Source of the DNA: Octopus sinensis
Lineage: Eukaryota
Length of the DNA: 64,000 nucleotides
Assembly (NCBI RefSeq): GCF_006345805.1
Contig: NC_042997.1
Location: 98,208,001 to 98,272,000, forward strand
Direction of reading: 5' to 3'
The notes under the pieces were generated by a model that was given only the letters and a program-made list of their open reading frames with translations, did no database searches and was not told the origin of the DNA. The position numbers and the translations under genes are program-made. Positions 27,691 through 42,419 of this stretch are shown piece by piece; within the stretch, counting starts at the first letter, position 1; each line of letters begins with the position of its first letter.

Positions 27691-29014
27691 CACACACACT
27701 CGCACTCATACACACACACACATATATATATATAAATTTATTTACTTGCATTGGAATATTTTTTATATGAGGCCTACCTATATTTTGGCCTTCATATTGT
27801 ATAATATTATCACAGTAACCTTCTATATGTTTATTTAGGTATATGCATTCTGATATGTAACGACGAGCTTACCCGTTTGGGGAAGTATGAGCGTATGTAT
27901 ATCTAAATATGCACATACCCGTTTGCAAGTTTTATATTCGTCTACGTCTGATTGTATGTTTGAGACACGCCATGATAATCGTATTCTGTGGCCTTTTTAT
28001 CACCACTTTCATTAATGTTACACTGTTAAATTATATATTATATCCCGATACGTCATATTTCTGCCATTATTAATATAAATCAAATGATGTATTACATTTT
28101 ATTATACAATATTGTATCAAATTATATTTTCTTTACGTAATTTTACACTTCTGTATAACACTTTGCATTACTTTAATTCACCTTGCATGCGTTTTTCTTT
28201 TCATAGACAGAAACCATACCTACAAATAATACCCACTCCCAATAGCAACTATCTATATTTATTACGAATAATCAACCTTCGGAGGTTAACTTCGAAACCA
28301 AAATTTATATATAAGCGCATGTTCCTACGCAAATTTACCTAACTATACTGAAAATTAATGTCAAAAATATCAAACTATCAAAACCAATTATAATTTTTTT
28401 ATACCACGAAAACCCTATCGGATAAGAACCAAGAAATAAGATAAATACATGTAACACTTTAATTAGATTATTATAAAATAAATCACGGTCAAAGTTGTAA
28501 TGTTAACTGAACGAACCTTAAAAATGGTAAAATTTCAAATAAGCTATTATGATTAATCTCCCGGCTTCACTTTTCATTTTACGTCATTTCACAGCAACAG
28601 ATATAAAATATTGCCATATGAATGACAATTCGGAAGAATACAAATATTCATTGACTTTTACTGTAACATTAATACAATATAATCTACTGCAACAATTCAT
28701 TGGCATTAAGAATTCACCAACCCACAAATGCTACTCATGTCATTATTCCGCCTACATTCCTTTACATGTCTTGCTTGTACTTTTTTATTCGTCTCATCAA
28801 ACACACAGACAAACACTCACGAACTCTCTCTCTCACACACACACATACATACATATACTCCCCCCCCCTCACACACACACAAACACATACCAACACACTA
28901 TTGATATCCATTTATTTCAAAGCATTTGTAACGTTTAATCAATTGCCCTCTTCGCCTCATGCTCACCTGTGAAATTAGTGTATATAACACAACTTACCTC
29001 AGTTACCTGTCCTC

Positions 29015-29141
29015 TTCTCCCACCCACCACCACCACCACCACCACCGCCACCACCGCCACCGCCACCACCACACCACCACCACCACCACCACCACCATCA
29101 CCACTACCACCGCCACTACCACCACCACCACCACCACCACC

Positions 29142-29177
<36 letters not shown>

Positions 29178-29187
29178 GCTGCTGCTG

Positions 29188-29248
<61 letters not shown>

Positions 29249-29250
29249 CG
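29015..29250. repeat. Compound trinucleotide tract (CAC)n(CTA)n(CTG)n(CTA)n
   Basis: Directly visible. It is the source of the poly-H/T/P/S/G ORFs. Confidence 0.95.
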
Positions 29251-30095
29251 TATAAACTGTACATTTAATGTTTAATCTGCCACTAATCGAAACTTCGAAG
29301 TTGCAGTTACACTGTTTCTTGAAATGCTTTCCTGCACGTATCCAATCTTCGGTTGGTGCTTATTGCTTTTAGCTATTAAGAAAACGGTGTTTCATACACT
29401 GATCACCTGTAACTGAAATTAAGTTAAGTTTCAACCATGTTGCACATGTTCAAAAACTCAATAAACGAAGAAACGATGTCTTACATTCCTTCAAGATATA
29501 GGATTTGAAATATAACAATTAAGTATAGACATAAACATTTTATCTCAATTAAAGTCATGCTTTGAAACTAAATAACTATACAACATCTGGACTGCCAAAC
29601 TTCAACTTTTTTCTATTAAAGAGCAAAAACTTAATATATCTAATAAAGATTTTTTTTATGCAGCTAATATAAAATGTTTAAATAGTATAAACAAACTCAT
29701 CTAATCTAATATTAATACAGTTTTGCAATATGTTTGGCATTCTCTAAAACTAATTTAGCAACCCACACATAAACGATAACCCCAAAGACTATTCATTTAC
29801 AATTTAATATCGCAAACACTGTTTAGGCATATCTTAACTTTTGCGTTCTATTGACCACCCCTAACTCTCACATAGTGAAGCTACCTGCTCCTTGTAGCGT
29901 CAGCTTTTACCTTGTTTCTCGGCTTTTCTATACGCTACGTACCTAAGTGAATCCTCCTATATCCTTTTAGCGCTTGACCCAACTTGTACCAAGCTTCAAT
30001 TTAATTGTGGCCCCTTCCTTGTGTTTATTAATGTATACTCACTTTGAATATATTTCATGATATACATTCTTGCATATTCTTTTTAACTACACCTT

Positions 30096-30197
<102 letters not shown>

Positions 30198-30206
30198 ATA
30201 TATATA

Positions 30207-30250
<44 letters not shown>

Positions 30251-31398
30251 CATATATATGTATGTATATATATTTATATTTATATTTATGTATGTTTATA
30301 TATATTTACGTGTACCGGTGGATCTTTGCATCTATGTAGCATTTATGTCAGATACAGGCATATTCCATTTGCATGTACATGTATGCATATTTAAGCATAA
30401 TGTACTATTTTGTTTTCATTTTTGTATTGTTTTAAATGACCAACAATCCATCCTAAAATCAGTAGAATCCTATACCAAGCTAAAATAACCTTGCCATATC
30501 CTGCACTGCTCGAAGTCATGTGTTTCTGTCTTAAATTTGTGATTCCTCACATGCAGCTCTTTATTTATACTTCATCCATTTACGTGCAATTTTACATACA
30601 CATTTTCACATATCCTTTCACTAACGCCTTTTACATATATTTATGTATGGTTACATTTATTACATGTACTTATAGATCTTTGATTTTCAGTAACATTTAT
30701 GTCATATATTGACATATTAATTTGCATGTCTTTTATCTATATTTAGACATATTGTATTATTTATAATTTTACTTGTTTAACTCTTTATTTCTTTGGTTAC
30801 TTTTTTCATTTTTGAAGGTTCCATTTTCCTTTCTATATAAACATTTTGTTCTTTATATTTAAATGTACCATAAAGTTACACGTAGATTACCGGCACACAA
30901 CTGGGTTATTTTAGATGTACTCAAATAAAATCCTTTATTTGTTATATCATTTCTTTTGCTCCGTCCGATTTTCGCATTAACATCACTTAATCATCAGTGA
31001 CATTTGTTTATGCCTCGCATAAATGATATATGGCGAATGCTGGTAGCTCGGCGTATGAATACAGTATTCTATATGAAAACAAGCAAGTCTTGGTGTCAGA
31101 AGAACGATTCAACGTTAGATAACCACTACAAAAAGGTTCAGCCAAATTATGCAAGTATGGAAAAAGTAGAGATAAAAACGATGATGAAGTTGTTGATATT
31201 TATATATATCATCATAATCTTGTATATATAAGCAATTTTATATACTTATATATTTGCATATGTATATATGTATGCATGCATGTATGTATATATATGTATA
31301 TGTATGTATATATATATACATATATATTTATATACATATACATATATATTTATATATATATATATATACATATGTATGTATATATATGTACGTATATC

Positions 31399-31429
<31 letters not shown>

Positions 31430-31444
31430 ATGTGCGTATATATA

Positions 31445-31510
<66 letters not shown>

Positions 31511-32409
31511 TAATATTGATATTCCATAAAAATCTTCGTTATGACTTTATTTCGAATTTGCTAGCCTTGTACCAAATTTTGAACTCTTTATTAGCCATAC
31601 TTGTAAAAACTTAATAATCTTCTCACATAATATTCATTATTTCGCATAACTATTAACTTACCCCTTCTTTAAATAACCTTCTTGGCCTTTCGCCCTAATT
31701 TGTCTTTTCTGAAACCACAATGAACTACATTAAGCTTGCTTTTCTCATTTCTGATTTAAAGTATACATATAGTGGTCTTCTGGTTAATTTGTTTTCTCTC
31801 CACATAACCCAAGGTGGGTTAAATCAATACCAGACTTACCTATGATTTCTAAAGGAAACATTCTTATTCTTTATAGATTTCTACATTAAATACCTATAAC
31901 TATATTTAAACTATTTATCATCACCCATTTTAAAACTTACTTCTGATTATAAGATTATGCCAAAACTTCGGACATTTCGTCATTCAAACGTAATCTGATA
32001 AGTATTAATACATAATACATCAGTATAAGTTATCATTACTCTTATCAATCAATAAAACTCGGTTTCTACTTTTTATGTGTAAATCTATAATAAATATATT
32101 TGCCCTAAAATTGTTTCCTGATAAATAATTTAATTGTTTCGTTTCCACACCTGAATCCACCATTTCCCCAACGATTCAGTCCCCATTCTATATCTTTCAG
32201 TCAACACATATTTAAACAATAGTGTACGAGGTTATGTTCCAAGGATATGTTACTTTTAAAATGTGAAAAAGATTATTTCATGTACTTTCATGTGAGTGTG
32301 TGTATGTGTGTGTGTGTGCGTGCGTCCGTGTGCGCGCTCGCGCACACACGCATCTATTATTGAATACAGTGTGCAGTAGTTCTTTTTATCCGCTCCGATG
32401 TCCTGTTAT

Positions 32410-32452
<43 letters not shown>

Positions 32453-32492
32453 TAATAATAATAATAATAATAATAATGATAATAGTAGCTGC

Positions 32493-32526
<34 letters not shown>

Positions 32527-32859
32527 TAGTAGTAGTAGTAGTAGTAGTAATAATAATTTCCTTTATTATTTCCTTTATTGGTCACAAGGATCAAAATCTT
32601 TAAGGAGAATCTCAAAAAAGGACGAGAAAACATGCAAACAAACAGGTGGGACCTACAATGATCAAAGGTCGACACCACAGCAATGAGGATATATGAAGAA
32701 GATATAAGAATAGAATTTAGTAAAATAATAGAGGGCTCATCCAACTAGAGTAATTCAGAAAAAATTCCACGCAAAAATTCCGGATTACACTGCTATCTCA
32801 AGGCATACAAAGAGTCATAGTCCAATATCTTTCTTCCTACTTAGAAAAGCATATTCAGA

Positions 32860-34247
32860 GTAGATCCCATTTACCCTCACAGATAAGCTTCTCTCATGCA
32901 TCTTTCAGTATACACACTAGAAATCAGCATCTTCCTCTGTACTTTCACCTTCCTCTTTAAATCATATTTGAAGAAGTTGACGAGGGTTTGGGCATATAGG
33001 AAAGCACTTGTCTTCAAACTTTTCAGACAGGTTCACCACATAACCCCTTTCACCACCACTACTAAGCAGAGAATGGTTCCTTCTCTGTCAAAGTAAGGTG
33101 GTGTCTCGATCTTCCCTAAACAAGCGGCGAACAGCTAGATTTGTCTTACACGGGACAGCAGCTGCTCAACATAAACCGACAAGTCATTAATGCACAGAAA
33201 CTGAACGATCGTGTTCAGGGTGGTTTCGTCCTTCTACATGCATCTCCGGTAGATTCGGCTGTTCGAGCTTGCATGCCTGCAAAGCTTGTTTCAAGCAGGT
33301 AATATCTCACCGCACTGTGCGCTCTGCCATGTCAAGGAGCTTTAGAATTTGTCCATGATCTTCGACCTGGAAGTCCTCCAAAGAGACCACTTAGAATGCT
33401 CTCATCGTTAACCAGGGTCAATCCCAGGCCATCATCACTCTGCAAATTCTCTATAGAATTTTTCCACTGCCAGTTCTGTCCAGTTTGGACAATGTTTACA
33501 ATGTTTACAATGTTGCAAGCGTCATTCTACATGCCGCTTGTCCAGTCTTGGTCTCCGCTTGATTCATAACTATTGCTCACTCAAGGAAATGATTTGCGGA
33601 AAGATGTGATTTTCGAAGGGTTCCCACATCAGTTTGTCCTTGTTTTTGTTCTCGTTGACACCCTCGCAATAATTTAGATATTTCTGCTGCTCAAGTTCAC
33701 ATAGGTGAATTCGGGAAGTCAAGGCGAAGCATGCCAAGACAGTTGGAAATAACTGAGGAGGTTTGCAAGACGTTCGCTTCTCACTCTACTATTAGCTACT
33801 TCTTCATAATTTTTACTTGTATCCAAGACCCCATTGCATTCGCCTACTGACATTACTCAGCAAGATATTCTTAGGAAAGTCTCTAGATGTCTAAAGAAAT
33901 CCAGCCGCTTAGATCCTGTGGGAGAATAGAAAGTCACTGTTACCGTCCATTATTACCGTCCTTGCTGCTCATGCGGAAAAGCACCAGCTTGCGCCTAGGA
34001 AAACTGTACTTACCTTTACGTCTAGACCTTCCCGAAAGAGTAATATCCTGACACTTGTTTCAGGCTGTGCAGAGGAGAATAGAGTTCGTAGTCATCTAGA
34101 GTAGCAAGCGTTTACCTTTCACAAATCGTCGTCTCGCTAATGGTTGCTGCATCCAGACGAGTGATTTGAGGTCAATGAGTAGTAATTTTGTTTCTGCGCT
34201 TCCCCCAGGCCACCAGCACTTATACAACCTAATCTTAGAAATACCAT
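32860..34247 (-). mobile_element. Second Tx1-like ORF2 remnant, internally deleted
   Basis: Starts MVFLRLGCISAGGLG (APE N-terminus). Its 3' part (GTCAACTTCTTCAAATATGATTTAAAGAGGAAGGTGAAAG) is homologous to 50730-50775 of the + strand copy. Confidence 0.75.
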
Positions 34248-34399
34248 TGCACGAGGAGAGAAAGTATCAAAAGAGGAGTCAGTCATGGGCCTTCCAAGAT
34301 ATTTTGATAAAGTTTTGAAAACTCCTCCTTCATCTGGGGGAACGTTCCATCAAAATGCGATAATTTGTGTGAGTTGGTCTTACCAGAAACCTCTAATAG

Positions 34400-34560
34400 T
34401 AATAGTTGCTCACAGATATGTCAAACCCATCAGAAAGTTAAATAAATATAAGGACCTTGAAATAGAGGTTTGAAATATTTGACATCTAAGAACAACAACT
34501 ATACATAAGACTGTAGCTTTGGAGATAATACCAATTGGCACTCTTAAACATTAAGGCAAA
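34400..34560 (+). mobile_element. R4/Dong-like LINE C-terminal scrap (g)
   Basis: KLNKYKDLEIEV*NI*HLRT. Confidence 0.6.
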
Positions 34561-35102
34561 AATACCAAGAAACCCCTTAAGAATCAGAATTACAAAATAA
34601 CGTTTTCATCCTCAGATAATCACAGTCAAACTGAGAATATCTGTATCTTTGAGATTCTTTAAAAATTGTAAATATTACAACAACCTTTTAACAGAACCTT
34701 AATGCTCAGTATTTGATCATCCTACCTTGAAATATATCATTGCTAACTATAAATAACACCAACAGTAAAATGTCCGACTTGCTGTTACATGAGGGCTTTG
34801 GGTGAGACTTGAAAAAGCTCTTATAAACCAAAACAACAGCAACAACGAACATAAAAATTGGAATGAGAATCATCGTTCTGACCATAACCATGCATAATGG
34901 CAATTGGTGGGTGAGATATCATCCATTCACGGCAGTGTAAACTACAAGAGTGATATTTATTCTATTGCATCATCGTTATAACTAGTGGCCATTCTTGTTA
35001 AGATGAGGAATATGATCAGATTTCCATGAGTCCTGTTGTTGTTGCTGTTGTTGTTGTTGTTGTTGTTGTTATTATTATTATTATTATTATTATTAATATT
35101 AA

Positions 35103-35534
35103 GGTGAGCTGGCACGACTGTTAGCACACCGGGCAAAATATTTAATGGCATTTCATCCGTTCTTACGTTGTGAGTTCAATTGCTGCCGAAGTCAACTTTG
35201 CCTTTCATCCTTTCGGGGTAGATAAATCAAGTACCGGTGAAACACTGGGGTCGTTGTAATTGACTAGTCTCATTCAACAAAGTTTCAGATTTTTTTGCCT
35301 GTAGCAGAAGGTATTCTTATTATCATCATTATTAAGGGGAGATGGCAAAACCATTAGCATGCCGGCAAAATGCTTGGTACCATTTCCTCTGTCTTTACGT
35401 TCTGAGTTCAAATTCCGCCGAGGTTGACTTTGCCTCCCATTCTTTCAGGGTCGATAAAATAAGTACTAGTTGAGCTTTGGAATGGATGTAAACTGTCCCC
35501 GCAAATTTTGGGCCTTGTACCTATAGTAGAAAAG

Positions 35535-35536
<2 letters not shown>
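35103..35536 (+). mobile_element. Two tandem SINE family A copies (35103-35315, 35335-35536) between (ATT)n tracts
   Basis: Both show the GAGCTGGCA/GAGATGGCA head, GAGTTCAA B-box-like motif and GTCAACTTTGCC/GTTGACTTTGCC core. Confidence 0.85.
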
Positions 35537-35621
<85 letters not shown>

Positions 35622-37452
35622 ATTGTAATTATAATCACTATTAATCATTACTGCTGCGGTGATTGCGTCTGCATGAGTGTCTATACATATCTGCTAAAAT
35701 ACATATATGTCAGTAAATATAATCGTATATGCATATATATATGTATGTATACACACACACTCGCACACACCTATGTATATATATATATATAATATATATA
35801 TATATATATAATATATATACATAAATAATAAAGGTGGCTTATTTGCAATTCACAAGTTAAGGCAGAAGTATAGGCGTCACTAAAGGGACTACTATTTTAG
35901 CCACAATAAAGCACTTTAAAGTGCTTTATCGTGGCTAAGAGTTGTTTTGACTCTTATTTATAGCAATACTGATGCTAACCAGTACCCTCAGTCATGTATG
36001 TATATATATATATATACGCTTGTATGTGTGTGTATGCATATAATTATATATAATTGTATATATATTTCAATACGATGAAGACGATGTATATAATTATTTT
36101 CGTCATCGCTGCATATTTAGCCTCATCTATTCCAACTGACATGGTCCTTGAATGGTACATTTTGAGGTACTAATCTCTAACGAAATAGTACCCCTGACTG
36201 CAAACCTTACCGGTTTCAAGAAAAAAAATACTGTGTCTTCACGACTAACTGCCAAAATCTGTGATATATTCTTCACGCCGGACATAAACAAACGTCAGAG
36301 CTGAACAAGTGATATTAATTCGAGAATCGCAGTAAAACAAACGCACACACACAGTTATGTATAGATATGACTGGCTTCCGCACTATTTCCAAAAGCAAGG
36401 TTCACTCACATAGTATAAATCAATTCTAGATTACATCAGAAGACACTTGCCAAATATGAAAGGCTTCTGTTACAAGATGCATTGATCAAGCCTTCACATG
36501 TATCCTAGCCTATCCTGAGGCGGCGTTTGGCCGTTTATGCGTGATAGCAATCGGGGTAAGAGTTTAGCATGATTAGAGCTGATATAGAAATGGCACGACT
36601 TGTCGTTTGATGTCCTAGCATCTCTCCCATCCGCTACCTTAACGATCCGAAAAGATGAAAGGTAAAGCACAATTAGGAAAGTATTGAACTCAGAGTGCAG
36701 AGCTTTAATAAATGTCGCAAGGAATTCTACCTAATGCTTTAACGACTCTATCAATTGCACTCACACACGCACAAACGCACAGACACATACACACACATAT
36801 ATAAATTATGAGTTAGAGGTTATGCAACCATCTAAGGGATAAATGTATCCATAGGCACTACTAGTGTATTGCCTCACTATGTATAGGCCTTGCTATAAGG
36901 TTAATGTTAGTTGGTTATCTAAATGGTAAAACGTGGTTTAATATATTCAGATAAGAAAAGAAATGGAGCAACAATTAACAATTAGAAGTTGATCATTGGT
37001 ATTAAAAGGTCATAGTTTAATTGTAGTTAAAAAATACATTTACAGCTGTCTCAGTTTGTTATTTTTGAAACAAATTTTCATGTCTCTTGTTCCATTTAAC
37101 AAACATCGTCCGAATGATTTAGAGTTTATCGTCGGAATATAGACAGGAGAAAAAGGGAAAGGAAAAGAAAAGGAAAAAACGAAAATAGAAAAAAGGTTGT
37201 TAAGTCTTTAGGCTTATATATTTGTATCCTTTAAGCTTCCACGTGTGTGTACATTTTTTCAATTAGTTGAATGGAGCCAGAACTGGGGAAAATGACTAGT
37301 TGATCGGCAGTGTTAGTCAAAACAGTAGTAATATCCGGTGTCGTTAATTGTAAACGCTCTTTGAGAACGCCAGATTAGTCCCTGTGATTACAAATTTATG
37401 CCCTTGTTAAAAATTAATGATGTTCTTAAAAGTTTAATTACGATATACGGTA

Positions 37453-37491
<39 letters not shown>

Positions 37492-37504
37492 AAATGTTGT
37501 TATG

Positions 37505-38013
37505 TGCTAAGTACCAGTGGTTGAACAGTGGAGTCGATGTAATCGACTAGCCCCCCTCACCCACCTGATATTGCCGACCTTGTACCAACATTTGAAACCA
37601 GTCGGCTAGAATAGGCTAAATTGCTCGTTTAATCGTGTTTATGTTAGTGGCAGCCCTATCAATTAGTATGTTAGTCCGTGATCTAACTTTAATGTGTACA
37701 TCGTACATTTAAGAGAAATAAATCATTCTGACGATATTTGTTAAATGGAACGAGATATATGCAAATGTACTTAAAAAATAACTAAGTGAAACAGTTGTAA
37801 ATTTTTAACTACAATTAAACTATCAGCCTTTGGGGCACGTCCTTGAATCCTTGAAGGGTTTAGTTGAATAAATCGCGGCCAGGACTTATTTTGAAGTAAG
37901 GTTCTTATTCTTGCGGTTGCTTTTGCCGTACCTCTGTTACAGAGATGTAACAGGCAAATAGAAAGTCCCACACACAGATATATTATATGTACATATATAT
38001 GTGCTTGTTGTGC

Positions 38014-38112
<99 letters not shown>

Positions 38113-38647
38113 ATGTTTGTGTGTGTGTGTGTGCGTGCGCACGTGTGTGAGTGTGAGTGTATGTAAATATATATCTGAACATAGATACGAGGTTGCGTCA
38201 TATTCTTTATCGAGGTTGACTCTCTTTTGCCGTCCCTTCCTTTTCCCTTTAATATATTGAGCCGTTCTTCAATGGGCTCTTACATCGACAATAAATCAGT
38301 ATTGATATACTACCATGGCTCCACCTGTCATACATCAGCGGCACATCAACGTAGGACGTGGCTGCATGAGTCACCGGAAAATCGTCATCCTTTCAACCTG
38401 TACTATCCTATTCAGCTGCTCTATGATTGTGAAAAACAATGTTGATGGCAAAATCACGCTGGGCAAAATGCCTCATTTTGTCCGTCCTTGCTTTCTAAGT
38501 ACAAATTTCGCCATGGTCGACTTTACCTTTCATCCTCTCTTGATCGATATGCTAAGTACCAGTGGTTGAACAGTGGAGTCGATGTAATCGACTAGCCCCC
38601 CTCACCCACCTGATATTGCCGACCTTGTACCAACATTTGAAACCAGT
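37505..38647 (+). repeat. Exact 98-bp direct repeat (37505-37602 / 38550-38647)
   Basis: TGCTAAGTACCAGTGGTTGAAC...CATTTGAAACCAGT is identical in both copies. Confidence 0.95.
38445..38647 (+). mobile_element. SINE family A copy
   Basis: GATGGCAAAATCACGCTGGGCAAAATGC...GTCGACTTTACCTTTCATCC...GTCGATGTAATCGAC...TTTGAAACC. Confidence 0.8.
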
Positions 38648-39539
38648 GTTTCATTTTCGTCGTTTACGTGTGATATCCATACCACAGCAACGAAAATAAT
38701 ACTGCTTGTTTTTAGTTTCAAGAATTTCTGGAACTGATTTGCGATGAAAAGAAAAAAATAAACAAATAACACCAAATTTTATATTGACAGACCTTTCTGC
38801 AATATGGGTGCTACTCTCAAAATATATGAGAGCAAAAACCTAGCAAAATTTAAAAAAAAAAAGACTGTAAACATTGTAATATGATACGTCCTCTATGACA
38901 TATGTCAGTTTCTCGTCTGAAATATGTTATAGGAGATATGTAATAGAATAGAATGCTGAGAAGGTAAGCTTGATGATCCTTCAATTTGGTTTATACATTG
39001 TAAGATTTGTATCCTCCTAAACTCTGCTGTTACACAGTAGGCTCATAGCTGATTCGCACTGCGAGAGATGTTGCTGGTAATGAGTACACCCAGATAACTG
39101 CAGCTTTGTCTGTTTAGCATCCTGAATCAATATTCCAGTTTTGTTTATGCAGATAATAAGCACAATCTAAGGAGTGTCCTGGGTTTCTGATACATCAAGA
39201 CCTTTCTCTCGACCTCACCGAAGTAGTCAAAAGGAAAGCAAAAAACAAGTACACCTAGTACCAGTTTGGTTTCAAGACTTGACAAAAAGGATATTCCCTC
39301 CAATATTTCTAACAAATTGTGTCTCACTTAGCCTGGTATTATCTCAAGCACTCAGAAGGATCTGTTGAATGTTACTGTTATTCAACTGCATCACCGTATT
39401 TTTCTCAACTAAACAATGATTTGAAATTAATTGCTATTAAATTTCTGTTTTTCTCCATTTGACGAAATCTTTATTGAAATAGAATCTAAACGGCTTCTTG
39501 ATAATGTTATTGAGCTTTCAGTTTCTCCATTGTGGAATC

Positions 39540-41320
39540 AAGTGGAAGTAACAAGAAACAGTGGCAAAAAGTTCCTTGTTTCTGACTTTTCACAAACAGT
39601 AACTTCTTCCTTCTAGTTGGCTATCCACTTTCTAATAATGAAAATCTCATGTGTTCTATTTTCTACAACGTATTCTATAGCAAATTGGATCTGAATGCAA
39701 CATACTCTCAGATTTCTTTCCTCCATGACGATAAAAAATTTATATGCATTTAAGTTGGCGGACGCTTATTCTAGTTACAAGGTTACTATTTAGTTTAAGT
39801 AATACCATAAGCACTTTTCAAAGAGTGCTGGATAGCAAAATCATTATTAATGTCGAGAAAATTTACGTCTATCTTGATTGATGCTATTGCTTTGGGCAAA
39901 ACTTTTAGATAAACACGATGAGAACTTGGCTCGTTTTATTTTAGTTACTACGAGACCCATCCTTATACCAAACAACAGAATTTATCTTCTCCCCCAAATA
40001 TCCATCTGTTACTTAAAACACAAAAGAGAAAATATTTCTGTGTAGCCTGACTCTGATACATTAATACTCTTCACTTACTATTCAACTTCAATAATGCTAA
40101 AGAATTTCAACTTCTACTAGATTTGTTTATTTAGTGCAGTTCTAGGCTGTTTTCTTTTTTGGAACTAATTTCATTCCGAAATCCAACTTTTTCATACCAA
40201 AAGTGTACATCTACACTAATGGTTCTGAAAACGTCAGTAGTTAGTGTCTACTCTCTCCTACCCTCTCTAATTTACATGAGATTCCTCTTCCTTTTGAAAT
40301 TGTTGCTTCACGAACTACAAATTCAGTGTCACTTTCTTTTCCAGAACTTCCTTGCCCAGAACAAAAAATTGCATTAATGTTTTAATAAATACCAATTGAA
40401 AAGAAAGCAGTAGTTATTACAAAAAATAGGATGGAAATGGAATAGGAATCGAAGAACCTTTTCAATTTCATATTTCATTACAAAATTAAAAGGAAAACCT
40501 GCCTAATACTCTTCGTTGGCACAAAGAATCATTGCTGTGCAATTATGATGTAACTTAAACTCCGCAAAGATAACATGGCTACTGATTCTCATACCACATA
40601 TTTGAAAGTTTTCTGCCATTCTAGGGTGACTCCATTACGATACTTTTTTTTTTTAGTCAGAGCTAAAAAAAATTGCAATTTTATTTAGATGTTGAAAAAC
40701 CTACTGGAAACTTACTATAAACTATGAAGTTTAAGGAAAACAATAATACCCATTATTCAACAATTGGATCAGGTTTCAGGGAAATCGCTCCATGTGATTC
40801 GGTCCCATTAGTGCACTGCAACTAACAGACTTTATCAAGTGAGTTCTCTGAATCTGAACAAGTCCTTCTCAGTCACTTTAATGTTACCAATGACTATGAA
40901 CCAAAGGCCAATCACGTTAAACTAATTAACGCTACTCATCATCGCTATATTCATATTAAACGCTCATATGGTCAAAATGATGTTTCACTTGACGATACAA
41001 ATCTATCAGGGAGTCCAAGTTCTACAGGTAATTGATCAAGCTTTCGTTCGAAGGTAGTCTTATTACTGATGACCTCAAATATCAAATTCTTGAAGAATCC
41101 GTACAAGCAAGCACTAAGCCCTCTAGTGGATATTCCGCACCGATGAGTGTATCAGTAGCATATCGTTATATGAGCCGATGCAAGTCAACATCGATTCGGT
41201 TATTAAAAAGAAAGGGTCATTCAACAAGGAAAAATTAAGTACCAAAATAGTAATTCTTTAAAGTGGGGGTGAAGTTCTTATTACTACTTCCAGTCTGAGT
41301 CCATTGAGGTATACATTCTT
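39540..41320 (+). mobile_element. Degenerate Ty3/Gypsy LTR-retrotransposon pol remnant
   Basis: Frameshifted motifs DFSQTV, SKLDLNATYSQI, FSLSNTISTFQRVLD and YVYL(D)D-like with GKTLDKHDENL (RT), plus FKVGVKFLLLLP at 41257 (integrase GPY/F-adjacent region). No LTRs recognised. Confidence 0.65.
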
Positions 41321-42182
41321 TGAGGGCTTGCAGCCATTTGCAATAGAGACACATTACAGATGGGATCTGAATAGTAAAACCTAATGTTTTAGTTGTAAAC
41401 ATTTCTTTAAACATTTGGTTCCCGACAAATGTTTCTTGTCCCAACAACTTAAAAAATGTTTCATTCTTTTATTCGATTTCAGACCTCAAGCCAGTCACTA
41501 ACAAAGTGGCAAGGCTATTTATTTGTTTAAATCTAGACAACCACTGATATATGGTGGACATGTGACATAGTTAGTGCGGGCAAATATGTATATGTGTCAT
41601 TGAATACACTTGCACTTCTGTAGTGGGTATGCATATTACTATAATATAGAATTGTACTTCACTCGTGTATGTGTGTAACTGTGTTTGCATGTTACATGCG
41701 TATGCGATAATGTGCATATGTTGAGTCAATACGGGTACTTCAAATGGACAATCCCTAAAATATTTAACAAATTTTCACTGCATCACTAATCGGTTATATC
41801 TGGAGGATGCAAATCAATTTGCTTTACTCTGAAGGAGGACTTCAGCATTTCCACATTCTTCTACAAATTTGTTGTTACATAGCCTGTGTGCCTGTGATAA
41901 TTGGTGCAAATGAAAATCTATATCATGGATATAAAACCTGCAAACTTCTCATCACTTTACCAATTTTAAACACATATTCAATCGCCGGCCAGCTGCACTC
42001 CATCACCATCCGTAAATTTTTGCTTCTCGTTTCACAGAACATTGGTTATTTCTGTTCTTCTGGATAGTATTTTGACGACATTTTTGTACAACTCCTGATG
42101 AAATGGTTGATGTCTTCCAAACTGGTATCGCATTACTGACATTTTCTCTTATAATGTAATAGTTTGGGATACTTGCCCAAAG

Positions 42183-42385
42183 GTGGTGAGCTAGTAGAAA
42201 CGTTAGCACGCCGGGCAAAGTGCTTAACGGCGTTTTGTCTGTCCTTACGTTCTGAGTTCAAATTCCGAGGAGGTCGACTTTACCTTTTGAACATGATAAA
42301 ATAAATACTATTTCAGTATTGGGGTCGGTGTAATCGACTGGCCACCTCCCCCGAACTTGCTGGCCTTGTGCCAAAATTTGAAACC
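42183..42385 (+). mobile_element. SINE family A copy
   Basis: GGTGAGCTAGTAGAAACGTTAGCACGCCGGGC...GAGTTCAAATTCC...TTTGAAACC. Confidence 0.85.
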
Positions 42386-42419
42386 AAAATGTCATAGTTT
42401 AGCGGCAGGGTTCTCGATC

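Noticed and set aside
28935-29268. Poly-S/G, poly-H/T and poly-P/L ORFs
   Set aside because: Reading frames of a compound trinucleotide repeat, open on both strands, with no splice support.
42095-42130. Hammerhead-like CTGATGA...CAAAC on the + strand
   Set aside because: The GAAA core is missing and stems I/II do not pair convincingly.
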